From a virus (lineage: Duplodnaviria; Caudoviricetes): 46,208 nt of DNA. The number at the start of each line of letters is the position of its first letter. The stretch's first letter is position 1. Below are positions 1-7,558 of the stretch, piece by piece. Location: the IMG/VR virus record IMGVR_UViG_3300031949_000069, positions 1 through 46,208 of that record; one strand, written 5' to 3'. The notes below the pieces were generated by a model. The model searched no databases, had not been told where the DNA came from, and was given only the letters and a program-made list of their open reading frames with translations. The position numbers were made by a program, and so were the translations under genes.

Positions 1-254
1 CGGATACTGACAAGACTCGATAGCTCTATATCGTTTCACAAGACCTCCGTGGTTCGGGTGCCGGGGAACCGAGGCTCCTCGGCGCATCGCAGGCCGCTGT
101 CGCCGCTATGCATGATATCTATCCTCGTGCCGCGGAACGCCTTTACGTCCGCGATGATGTCGATAGTGTCCCGTAACCTATCGAATTTGGCCCCGGCCTC
201 GAGTAGTAGTTCCTGGGCCGGAATGGTTACTCTTCCATAGAATTTCCTCTTCAT
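1..254. repeat. Terminal direct repeat, copy 1 (circular overlap with 45955-46208)
   Basis: 1-254 equals 45955-46208 except G127 vs A46081. Confidence 0.97.
36..254 (-). CDS. Hypothetical protein (72 aa), first gene of a small leftward operon; duplicate of 45990-46208
   Basis: ATG at 254 preceded by GAGGAG; lies downstream of a sigma70-like promoter. Confidence 0.65.
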   Translation of the reverse strand: MKRKFYGRVTIPAQELLLEAGAKFDRLRDTIDIIADVKAFRGTRIDIMHSGDSGLRCAEEPRFPGTRTTEVL

Positions 255-327
255 TTCTGCTCCTCGCGCCACTCGGGGGCGCATCCTCCCGGGGTCCGCC
301 GGGCCGGTCATCCTCAATCACGATATC

Positions 328-356
328 AGAATATATCAGATGATAGCGCGTGTCAA
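328..356 (-). promoter_or_regulatory. sigma70-like promoter TTGACA-17nt-TATTCT driving the leftward small-gene operon
   Basis: Minus strand TTGACA (356-351), 17-nt spacer, TATTCT (333-328). Confidence 0.7.
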
Positions 357-370
357 GAGAAATCGGAAGG

Positions 371-1264
371 TCATTCAAGATCCGCAATGGCGTCGAAGAA
401 GTCGCTCTCGTGGACCAGCATTACCGGGGATCCGCGCCTCCGGAGATCCATGGCCCGCTCCACCTTCCGGCCATAGCAGCAGTATGCATAGCAGGGATTT
501 CCGGCCGTGCAGACCACCAGGTAATCCACGTCCCGACGCAATGAGTCTGTGACGTTGCCGCCGAGTGCTACCACCTTGGCAAAAAGCTCGACTCTCGGAA
601 ACTTCTCGCATTCCCCCGTAAAACAGAAGAGATGCCCCTCAAACGAAATTTCAGGGCAGACAGCGCAGATGCCCGTGATATTGGGAGTGTTCGGGCGCGG
701 GCGCTCGCGATCGAGAATGAAACTGCCCGGGGAAACAAATTCGGAAATGAACCTGGAAAACAGGGCATGCTCCTCCGCGTCGATCTTCCCGTCCTGGAGG
801 ATCTTGGTGATGAGACTCGTTATTTCGTCGTAGGGCCAGCATCGCGCTAGCTGAGAATTGAACTCCTGCCATTTGGCTAGACCTCTCAATTCAGGCACGG
901 TGATTATTCCGTCCGCGATGATGCCCGCCAGGAGGCCCTGCAGACGCTGCATGTCGGCCGTGACACCATCATAATATTCACTCGACAGCAGGTTTTTGCA
1001 CATCCAACACAAGTCCTCTTTCTGGTTTAAACTGACGATGCCAGCGGCCATGACCTCCTGAAGAAGTGGTGTTATTTCGTTGTAGGGGTGCAGTCCCTGG
1101 AGTTCGCGGTTTTCTTCGAGCCATTCTCTGATTGATTCCTTTTCTCGCGTGCTGACGATCTGGTCCAGAGTGACACCCTCCAGGATTCCGAGGAGAGTGT
1201 TGATTGATTTGTCCAACCGGGATTTGCCGGTGAGATGGTAATAGGGCAATTTCTCTGGATCCAT
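371..1264 (-). CDS. BRCT-domain protein with a duplicated N-terminal helical repeat (lysogenic cargo)
   Basis: C-terminal FCFTG...GG...VDYLVV...YGRKVERAMDLR...VHESDF is typical of BRCT. LLGILEGVTLD and LQGLLAGIIADG are repeated units. GGAGG precedes ATG 1264. Confidence 0.8.
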   Translation of the reverse strand: MDPEKLPYYHLTGKSRLDKSINTLLGILEGVTLDQIVSTREKESIREWLEENRELQGLHPYNEITPLLQEVMAAGIVSLNQKEDLCWMCKNLLSSEYYDGVTADMQRLQGLLAGIIADGIITVPELRGLAKWQEFNSQLARCWPYDEITSLITKILQDGKIDAEEHALFSRFISEFVSPGSFILDRERPRPNTPNITGICAVCPEISFEGHLFCFTGECEKFPRVELFAKVVALGGNVTDSLRRDVDYLVVCTAGNPCYAYCCYGRKVERAMDLRRRGSPVMLVHESDFFDAIADLE

Positions 1265-1281
1265 AGTTCCATTCCTCCGAA

Positions 1282-1746
1282 CTACCAAACGTTCTTTGTC
1301 ACGGTCGGAGACCAATTACCCCATCCATACTCGTTCCCGAGCCGCGCCCTGAAGTACAGGGTTTTCCCCGATTCACTCGTGTTCCATATCCACGTGCCAT
1401 TCATTGGATAAACCGGGAAGGTTTTGGAGTAAATGGTATGCGCGAAACCGCCATCAGCGGCAATTTCCATCTGCGTGACCACGGGCCGGGTATTGATTGC
1501 CCACAACGGGTAAATGTCCACGCCCCAAGTGATTCTTACAACATAGAATGACATCCGCTCTGCGATCACGATCAATACGACATCTCCGGGAACGCCGCTA
1601 TTTGTGGCATCCTCATCCGAGCGGGATGGCGGTGGGATGGGACTCCGAGCCAGGCCAACCCCCGCCGGCGCGGGCCTGCGTTGACCAAAAGTCGGCGCGA
1701 CCCCCAAAAGACACAGCGCGGCCAAAATCCAAATAGCCTTCTTCAT
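1282..1746 (-). CDS. Secreted protein: signal peptide plus a single FN3-like domain paralogous to a tail-tip domain
   Basis: MKKAIWILAALCLLGVAPTFG signal peptide, GAGGAG RBS, C-terminal YFRARLGNEYGWGNWS; aligns by eye with the product of 39100-39393. Confidence 0.8.
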   Translation of the reverse strand: MKKAIWILAALCLLGVAPTFGQRRPAPAGVGLARSPIPPPSRSDEDATNSGVPGDVVLIVIAERMSFYVVRITWGVDIYPLWAINTRPVVTQMEIAADGGFAHTIYSKTFPVYPMNGTWIWNTSESGKTLYFRARLGNEYGWGNWSPTVTKNVW

Positions 1747-1757
1747 ATGTATCTCCT

Positions 1758-2118
1758 CTAAACCGGAGCCCCGGGAAGCTCCGGACTTGCCGGTGATTCG
1801 CGCCCACAGAAGCGGCAAATGATCGCCTCCGCAAAGATCATCTCGGCACAGAAGGGGCATTTCCGAAGTTGGCGCCCCGACGATGACGTTTTGCCTGGGG
1901 CGTCGAATGCGAGGATTCGCGTATCTGCCCCGGAATGCGCTTTGGGGCTGGCTCCCCTAAAAGCGCGATGATGATGATTCCAATCGGACCGAGGAAAAAT
2001 CCAAGCCAGAATCCCAGAGCCGCTCGATTTTTGCATTCGCCGATGTAGGCCGAGACCAAAGCGAAAGGGATAGTGAGCACAACGAGCAAAAAAGAGTATC
2101 ACCAGGGTCCGATTCCAT
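1758..2118 (-). pseudogene. Two-TM membrane protein with C-terminal zinc ribbon, broken by two apparent 1-nt deletions (or sequencing errors)
   Basis: GGAGGG-atcc-ATG at 2118. The TM segment (IPFALVSAYIG...FWLGFFLGPIGIIIIALL) and CPFCAE...CRFCG are in different frames. Confidence 0.6.
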
Positions 2119-2262
2119 GGATCCCTCCGCGCATTCGATCGATTTATTCCGGCCAATCTACGCGCAATTTCCGCGCGAATTCCCTCAGCCAGATATCGAT
2201 CAGCTTACAATAAATATTCACCACTTTCGCCGCCTGAGGGGGATTGGTGACAGGCGGCCGGG

Positions 2263-2652
2263 TCACCCCGCCTTTTTGCGCCGGACCTTCGATTGTCTCT
2301 CCTTTTCTGCGTCGGCGCGCATTAGCGTCAGCATGTGACCATGCAAAAACTCAATGTTTATCGCAATGCCCTCGGCCGCAGGGGAGTTTGAATCAAGAAT
2401 TTCCTGTAGTTTGCAATGCAAAGCCTGATCGCGCTCCGATAGTTGCTTTGGCGCTCCGATGAAAACAAAATCCTCCATGGTTGTGTCGCATGCGGATAAC
2501 AAGGCGCAGAGCGTGGCAAAAGTTGGGCTCGCCCTCCCGTTTTCAATGGAACTGATGGCTTGGCGGCTCACTTTGCTTTGGGCGGCGAGCGAGTCCTGTG
2601 TATGTAGCGCTTTAAGGCGGAAGAATGTCAGCCGCTTTCCGATGTCCATCAT
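2263..2652 (-). CDS. XRE-family HTH repressor (CI-like; no S24 autopeptidase domain)
   Basis: IGKRL...TQDSLAAQSKVSRQAISSIENGRASP HTH; divergent from a cro-like gene. Confidence 0.88.
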   Translation of the reverse strand: MMDIGKRLTFFRLKALHTQDSLAAQSKVSRQAISSIENGRASPTFATLCALLSACDTTMEDFVFIGAPKQLSERDQALHCKLQEILDSNSPAAEGIAINIEFLHGHMLTLMRADAEKERQSKVRRKKAG

Positions 2653-2690
2653 CTCCAGTTTCGCATTGTTGCAAAAAATATGAAAAATTA

Positions 2691-2721
2691 TCTTGACAAG
2701 AATTCTTTACCCACGTAAAGT
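2691..2721 (+). promoter_or_regulatory. PR-like promoter TTGACA-17nt-TAAAGT overlapped by palindromic operator candidates
   Basis: TTGACA 2693-2698 and TAAAGT 2716-2721; palindromes TCTTG-A-CAAGA (2691-2701) and CTTTAC-ccac-GTAAAG (2705-2720). Confidence 0.75.
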
Positions 2722-2730
2722 CACGTTCCA

Positions 2731-2952
2731 ATGAGATACAACGCACAGCTCATCAAGAGGCAGAGATTCGCACGCGGCTGGTCGCAGGTGCGGTTGGCGA
2801 AGCGCTGTAAACTGAATCAGGGCACAATCAGCAACGTAGAGCGCGGCAGGACCAACAATCCCGAAACGCTCCGCAAGATTGCGGCCGCTCTCGGGCTCGA
2901 TCTCGAGTCCCTGCTAATTGAGGACCTGCAACGCGAGCACTGCGCGTATTAA
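2731..2952 (+). CDS. Cro-like HTH regulator
   Basis: RGWSQVRLAKRCKLNQGTISNVERG HTH, 73 aa, divergent from the repressor. Confidence 0.88.
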   Translation: MRYNAQLIKRQRFARGWSQVRLAKRCKLNQGTISNVERGRTNNPETLRKIAAALGLDLESLLIEDLQREHCAY

Positions 2953-2961
2953 GGAGCCTCC

Positions 2962-3339
2962 ATGCCCAACGTCAGGCAGTTTCGACACCGGCAGCCGCAA
3001 TCAGATCCAGACCCAGGCCTGCCGCCTACCGCGGCGCGCCCGGAGACCTTCACGATCTCCTTCCGAGCCCCCATCTCCCTTGACCGTGGCGTCCGCCGCC
3101 GCTCCAGAGATCTCGGAATGACACGCGGCAGCTACCTGCGGAGTATCGTCCAGGGTGACCTAAACGCCAAGGATTGTAGACATTGCGGACACGAACCCCT
3201 GCTTGCCTCGATCGCTAGTCTCTACCGGGAAGCAAAGCGGGCCCTGGCCGACGGCCGGATCAGCATCCCGGAGCGCGAGACCATGACGGATCTGATCGCC
3301 GAGCAGCTCCACCTGGTGCGATCGCGGAGGGCGGCATGA
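2962..3339 (+). CDS. Putative regulator in the CII position (possible ribbon-helix-helix)
   Basis: AAGGAG RBS; TISFR...LGMTRGSYLRSIV; C-terminal ALADGRI. Confidence 0.55.
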   Translation: MPNVRQFRHRQPQSDPDPGLPPTAARPETFTISFRAPISLDRGVRRRSRDLGMTRGSYLRSIVQGDLNAKDCRHCGHEPLLASIASLYREAKRALADGRISIPERETMTDLIAEQLHLVRSRRAA

Positions 3340-3566
3340 GGCTTGAAACCGTCAGATGCGATCTGGAGGGCTGCGGAAAGCTGAAGATGGAGACCAACCA
3401 CTGGTGGTCCGTCGAGGTGATCCGGAACTCCAACGGCGCGCCCCAGTTGCGGGTTGTCCCATACAATCCCAACCCGGATCCGTCACTGTGCGCGCTCAAG
3501 GATTTCTGCGGGATCGAATGCGCGCAGAAATTTGTCAGTCGATGGATGGCGGAGGTGGCCAAATGA
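3336..3566 (+). CDS. Small Cys-rich hypothetical protein
   Basis: ATGA overlap, GGAGG RBS, CxxxxC and CxxxC pairs. Confidence 0.7.
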   Translation: MRLETVRCDLEGCGKLKMETNHWWSVEVIRNSNGAPQLRVVPYNPNPDPSLCALKDFCGIECAQKFVSRWMAEVAK

Positions 3567-3886
3567 ATACGCACATCGCGCCCCAGGAACGCGCCCAGAT
3601 CATCGCATTCCCCATGACTTGCCTGGATGACAATCGCGTTTCGGAGTCGATCGACAAGGACATTCCTATCGACCTTTGGGAGCGGGATCCCCGCCAGGCG
3701 AAGTCCCTGATCGAGGGCGACCGCGCCCGGGAATACCAGCGCGTGCGGATCCCGCGCCGGCGCGATTACCTCGGCGACTTCGTCGCCTTCCTCCACGCCG
3801 CGGTGCTGATGGGCACCTTGATGCTATCCGGCATGGTGCTATTCGGCCTGGCCCACCTGGTCGCGCGGATGGTGGGCTGGATTTGA
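3563..3886 (+). CDS. Hypothetical protein with C-terminal transmembrane helix
   Basis: Start MNTHIAPQ after GGAGG with ATGA overlap; hydrophobic C-terminus. Confidence 0.65.
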   Translation: MNTHIAPQERAQIIAFPMTCLDDNRVSESIDKDIPIDLWERDPRQAKSLIEGDRAREYQRVRIPRRRDYLGDFVAFLHAAVLMGTLMLSGMVLFGLAHLVARMVGWI

Positions 3887-4046
3887 GGAGAACATGAACA
3901 GAGCCCTGATCTACCTGAAGCGCAGTGTCCGCCGGGACGCGTTCTACACGAGACGATGCGTCTGGCAGCCGAGCATCACCTGCTGCTCGGCTTCTGCGTC
4001 GGGATGGGCGCGTGCTGCGTCGCATGGATATTGATCTGAGGGATCC

Positions 4047-4454
4047 ATGAAAATCGATAGTACTACGGCTGAACGAATTGCACCGCTTCTGAAGACCGCC
4101 GTTGCCGCCCGGATCATGACGACCGCGAAAATCGGAGTCATTGAGATGATACTGTGCGGGCCCGATGCCCCGGAGTCGGAGCGGGTCCGCGTGGAGAACG
4201 CGGTGGCGGCATGGGTCGAGGCGCGTGCGTTTGAGGCTGAGGCGGCCGAGATGGCGGAACGGTCCGGCGTTGCCGACGCCGAGAGGCTTCTGGCGGACCT
4301 CTTCATAGGCCTTGTGGCCTCCGTCCGAGGTGAGCGCGGAGAAACTCAGAGGGTTGTTTTGGGAGATCGTGACTGTGACGGTGGTGCTGATGATCCTGTC
4401 GTTCGCAGTCGGCATCGTGATCGGGCACGCGCTCCAATAGATCGTCGGGCTTGA
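4047..4454 (+). CDS. Hypothetical protein (3' end uncertain)
   Basis: GAGGG RBS; the 3' part overlaps a small TM ORF at 4330-4440. Confidence 0.55.
   Translation: MKIDSTTAERIAPLLKTAVAARIMTTAKIGVIEMILCGPDAPESERVRVENAVAAWVEARAFEAEAAEMAERSGVADAERLLADLFIGLVASVRGERGETQRVVLGDRDCDGGADDPVVRSRHRDRARAPIDRRA
4330..4440 (+). CDS. Small membrane peptide (36 aa)
   Basis: GTG start; SAEKLRGLFWEIVTVTVVLMILSFAVGIVIGHALQ; below the ORF-track cutoff. Confidence 0.4.
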   Translation: MSAEKLRGLFWEIVTVTVVLMILSFAVGIVIGHALQ

Positions 4455-4710
4455 CCGCTGCTGCGGCATAACAGCGGCGATCTGGCCTGATGCTGTGAGA
4501 CTCCGTCGCGCGGACGACACACCCGTCACCCAGCCGCGATGATCCGGCATCGGGCCGACCCCTGGGCCCCGGGCGAGAGGGGGGCTCGAACGCATGCCCT
4601 GGTGAGGCGGCATGCGCGCCCGGGGTCCTGCAAGTGTTTTGCGGCGCGCCCCGCGCGGGGCGCAAATATCAACCAGGTGGGGCGGCTTTCGGGATGGCCG
4701 CCCCGCCATC
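4455..4710 (+). ncRNA. Candidate structured RNA element (multi-hairpin intergenic region)
   Basis: Several 8-12 bp helices with G-U pairs, e.g. 4484-4495/4545-4556 and 4564-4575/4617-4628. Confidence 0.35.
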
Positions 4711-4730
4711 CAACACAGAAGCGGGGTCCG

Positions 4731-6077
4731 ATGAAGCCAATGTACGGGGTGACCCACCAGCCAACGGGCGAGCCGATCGTTGTTGAGCCGAAGGCCACGA
4801 AGGTCGGGATTGGGCTCCCGAAAGGCAAGGCGATCCACGCCTGGATGGATCAGAAACGCAGGTGGTGCGTCTTGGTCGGCAAGGACGTGAGCCGCTTCGA
4901 GGCCAGAAATGAGGCCATGACATTCTACCGCCAGGCCAAAATCTCGGGCCCCGATCGCCAGTACCCATCGAAGGTCAATTATTTCCTATTTCACCGGATC
5001 TCGGCGGATGGATCATTCGAGCCGGACTGGGACGCGATCGAGGCGCACGGGCCAATCCCAACCGAGATCTCGATCGTGTTTACGAGCGACGATCCGCTCG
5101 ATGCCGGCTATCAGTACTGGACGGCGACCGAGCGCCAATGCATGGGAGATGGATTGAACGCGGATCGCATCCTGTCGCTTGCGGCGACGGACGCCGAGCA
5201 AAAGCTGGCCGCGGCGGCCGCGCAGAAGGGGGAGCGGACGTTCCGCATCGAAAACGGCTGCTGGCTCCGGGGCTGCCGATTTGCGAAGCCGACGATGCGC
5301 GACGGCAAGGAGTTTCCGGCGCCCTGCCGGGCCCGGGCGCGCCTGGTCTTCCAGCTCCTGGCCTCCCCGCGCCTCGGCGGGACGGCATATTTCGATACGA
5401 CAGGGTTGCGGTCGATCTCGCAATTGTTTTCGTGTTTGCAGATTTTCCGGACGCTTTCAGGCCGCGGAGATCCCGCGCGCGGCTTTGTGGCCGGGATCCC
5501 ACTCTTGCTGGTCCTCCGGCCATACAGGACCAGTCACAACGGCCAGGCGTCGACGCAGTACGGTGTAAGCCTCGAGTTCCGCGCGGAATCGGCCGTCGAT
5601 CTAAAGCGGAAACTGATCGAGGCGGGACGGCAGTTTCAGGCGGAGTTCTCAGATCCTGGGCCGCTGGATCCGCTCGACGCCGGCGCCGGCGAGCCCGAGG
5701 ATCCGCCGGCGATCGTGGATCCGGAGGATCCCTGGGGCGACATGGCCGCGATCGCAGCCGGTGGGGATCCCGGAGCGTCGGCGCCCGCCCCAGAGGTTGT
5801 TCCCGCAGTGACCGCTTTCGTAGGCCCTCTCCCGGCGGCGAGGCGGGCCGGCGGCGGCGCCCCTCCGCCGATGCCTTCCGCGCCGCCGCTGGACCTGAAC
5901 CCGAAATGGACGGCATTCTACAAGCTCTGCCGCGCGCGCGGCATGACCGACGTCATGATTCTGGAGGAGCTCGGCCGGCGCGGATGTGAGCGGTCGACCG
6001 AGGTCCCCAACAGCGCCTATCCTGAGCTGATGCGATGGGCCGAGGCTTATAGGCCCGGCCAGAGGAATCTGCTGTGA
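4731..6077 (+). CDS. phiC31 gp3-like (recombination directionality factor-like) protein with a long acidic/Pro C-terminal tail
   Basis: PTEISIVF...CMGDG...C...C...CRARARLVFQL...GGTAYFDTTGLRSISQL pattern recalled for this family; likely start MKPMYG. Confidence 0.6.
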   Translation: MKPMYGVTHQPTGEPIVVEPKATKVGIGLPKGKAIHAWMDQKRRWCVLVGKDVSRFEARNEAMTFYRQAKISGPDRQYPSKVNYFLFHRISADGSFEPDWDAIEAHGPIPTEISIVFTSDDPLDAGYQYWTATERQCMGDGLNADRILSLAATDAEQKLAAAAAQKGERTFRIENGCWLRGCRFAKPTMRDGKEFPAPCRARARLVFQLLASPRLGGTAYFDTTGLRSISQLFSCLQIFRTLSGRGDPARGFVAGIPLLLVLRPYRTSHNGQASTQYGVSLEFRAESAVDLKRKLIEAGRQFQAEFSDPGPLDPLDAGAGEPEDPPAIVDPEDPWGDMAAIAAGGDPGASAPAPEVVPAVTAFVGPLPAARRAGGGAPPPMPSAPPLDLNPKWTAFYKLCRARGMTDVMILEELGRRGCERSTEVPNSAYPELMRWAEAYRPGQRNLL

Positions 6078-6454
6078 TCGCACTGCGAGTCGATCGCGTC
6101 CCCGTCGGCCCAAACAGCACCTTTCGTGGCGGGCGCCGCGTCCCGGGATTGCTGCGCTCGCACTGGGCGGCGCGCAAGAGGGACCTGGACGACTGGACCC
6201 TGGAGATCCGAGCCGCGGCCGGAGGGATCGGTTGCGCACGGCCCCTGGCGCGCAAGCTGGTCGTGATCGTACTGCATCGCCGGCGGATGCTCGACCCCGA
6301 CAACGCATACGGCAGTCTGAAGCCGGTGCTTGACGGTCTGAGGCGCAACGAATTGATCGCCGACGATTCCACGGCGCGGATCGAGCTCGTGATGAGGCAG
6401 GTGGTGGGGCAGCTGGAGCACACCGAGATCGCAATTATGGACCTGGAGGGCTGA
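6074..6454 (+). CDS. rusA: RusA-like Holliday junction resolvase
   Basis: RRMLDPDNAYGSLKPVLDGL...IADDS motif (DxDN, K, D, DD). Confidence 0.75.
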   Translation: MIALRVDRVPVGPNSTFRGGRRVPGLLRSHWAARKRDLDDWTLEIRAAAGGIGCARPLARKLVVIVLHRRRMLDPDNAYGSLKPVLDGLRRNELIADDSTARIELVMRQVVGQLEHTEIAIMDLEG

Positions 6455-7056
6455 TGGCCTACGAGAGCGATGAACGCCTCGAGAAGCTGGCCGCGGAGTT
6501 GATAGAAAAATGGCATCCGCATTTGAAGGCGGCAAAGATCGCCTATCTGCTGAACGACGCGCCCACTGCGGCCGGGCAACTCCGCCTCGGCAAAAAGCGG
6601 AAGCTTGGATCCGCTCGCCGCGTGCCCGAAATCTATGAGTCGCTGACCGGATTCGATTTCATCATCCAGATCAAGAAGGATATCTGGGACAAGATGGATC
6701 CGGAAACCCAGGAGGCGCTCCTGGATCACGAGCTCTGCCATTGCGGCGTCGACGGGGATGGCTGCTACATCAGGGAGCACGACGTCACCGAGTTCGCCGA
6801 GGTGATCGAGCGCCACGGATTCTGGTTGCCTGATGTGCGCAGTTTTTATGAGCGCTGCGATGCCGCGGCCCAGCGCAAGCTGCCTTTTCAATCAGATCCG
6901 CCGGCGCCGGTTTTGGGGCGCGGGACCTTGGAGATGGGCGATGTTAAAATCGAAATCGACATGGACCGCACCTGCAAGAAATGCGGCGGAAAGGGCGTGA
7001 CTGGCGGGGGAGTATGCCTGCGATGCGTGGGCAATGCTGCGTGGGCAATGCTGTGA
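6454..7056 (+). CDS. Putative phage metallopeptidase with C-terminal zinc ribbon
   Basis: ALLDHELCH (HExxH), HDVTEF..VIERHG, CKKC/CLRC. Confidence 0.8.
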   Translation: MAYESDERLEKLAAELIEKWHPHLKAAKIAYLLNDAPTAAGQLRLGKKRKLGSARRVPEIYESLTGFDFIIQIKKDIWDKMDPETQEALLDHELCHCGVDGDGCYIREHDVTEFAEVIERHGFWLPDVRSFYERCDAAAQRKLPFQSDPPAPVLGRGTLEMGDVKIEIDMDRTCKKCGGKGVTGGGVCLRCVGNAAWAML

Positions 7057-7120
7057 GCGGGAAGCTGCGCGCGCGGAAATCCAAAACTGAAACAGCCAAG
7101 GTTCACTGAGGAGCGATCAT

Positions 7121-7558
7121 ATGTACGAAAATGTGATAGAGAATCTCGTGGCGCGCTGCGGACAATGCTGCATCGGCCAGGCTCTGCTCGCCCTGCGCCG
7201 CCTGAATGCGCCGGCTGAACCCGGCTCAACCCGAATCGATCCACATCAACCCACATCAGCCCGACCCAGGACCAGGCGCTCCAAGGCCGCTACAGCAGAT
7301 GCTACTGCACCCGCCGGCGAGAAGGCCTGCAAGAAGTGCGGCCAAATCAAACCCCTGGACGCGTTCCCGAAAAACAAAGAGTGCGCAGATGGCCGCCTGG
7401 GATCCTGCAAGGCGTGCGTGTCGGAACGGGCCCAAAAGAACTACATTGCCAGGACGGCCGGCGAGCCCAATTCGAAAAAGCCGTACAGCTGTAAATGCGG
7501 CAAAACGTTCCGCACGAAGTTTGTTTGCGACGAGCACAAAAAGAAATGCACGGCATGA
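7121..7558 (+). CDS. Zinc-finger protein
   Basis: GAGGAG RBS; CKKCGQIKPLDAF...CKAC and a C-terminal CxC...HxxxC. Confidence 0.7.
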   Translation: MYENVIENLVARCGQCCIGQALLALRRLNAPAEPGSTRIDPHQPTSARPRTRRSKAATADATAPAGEKACKKCGQIKPLDAFPKNKECADGRLGSCKACVSERAQKNYIARTAGEPNSKKPYSCKCGKTFRTKFVCDEHKKKCTA

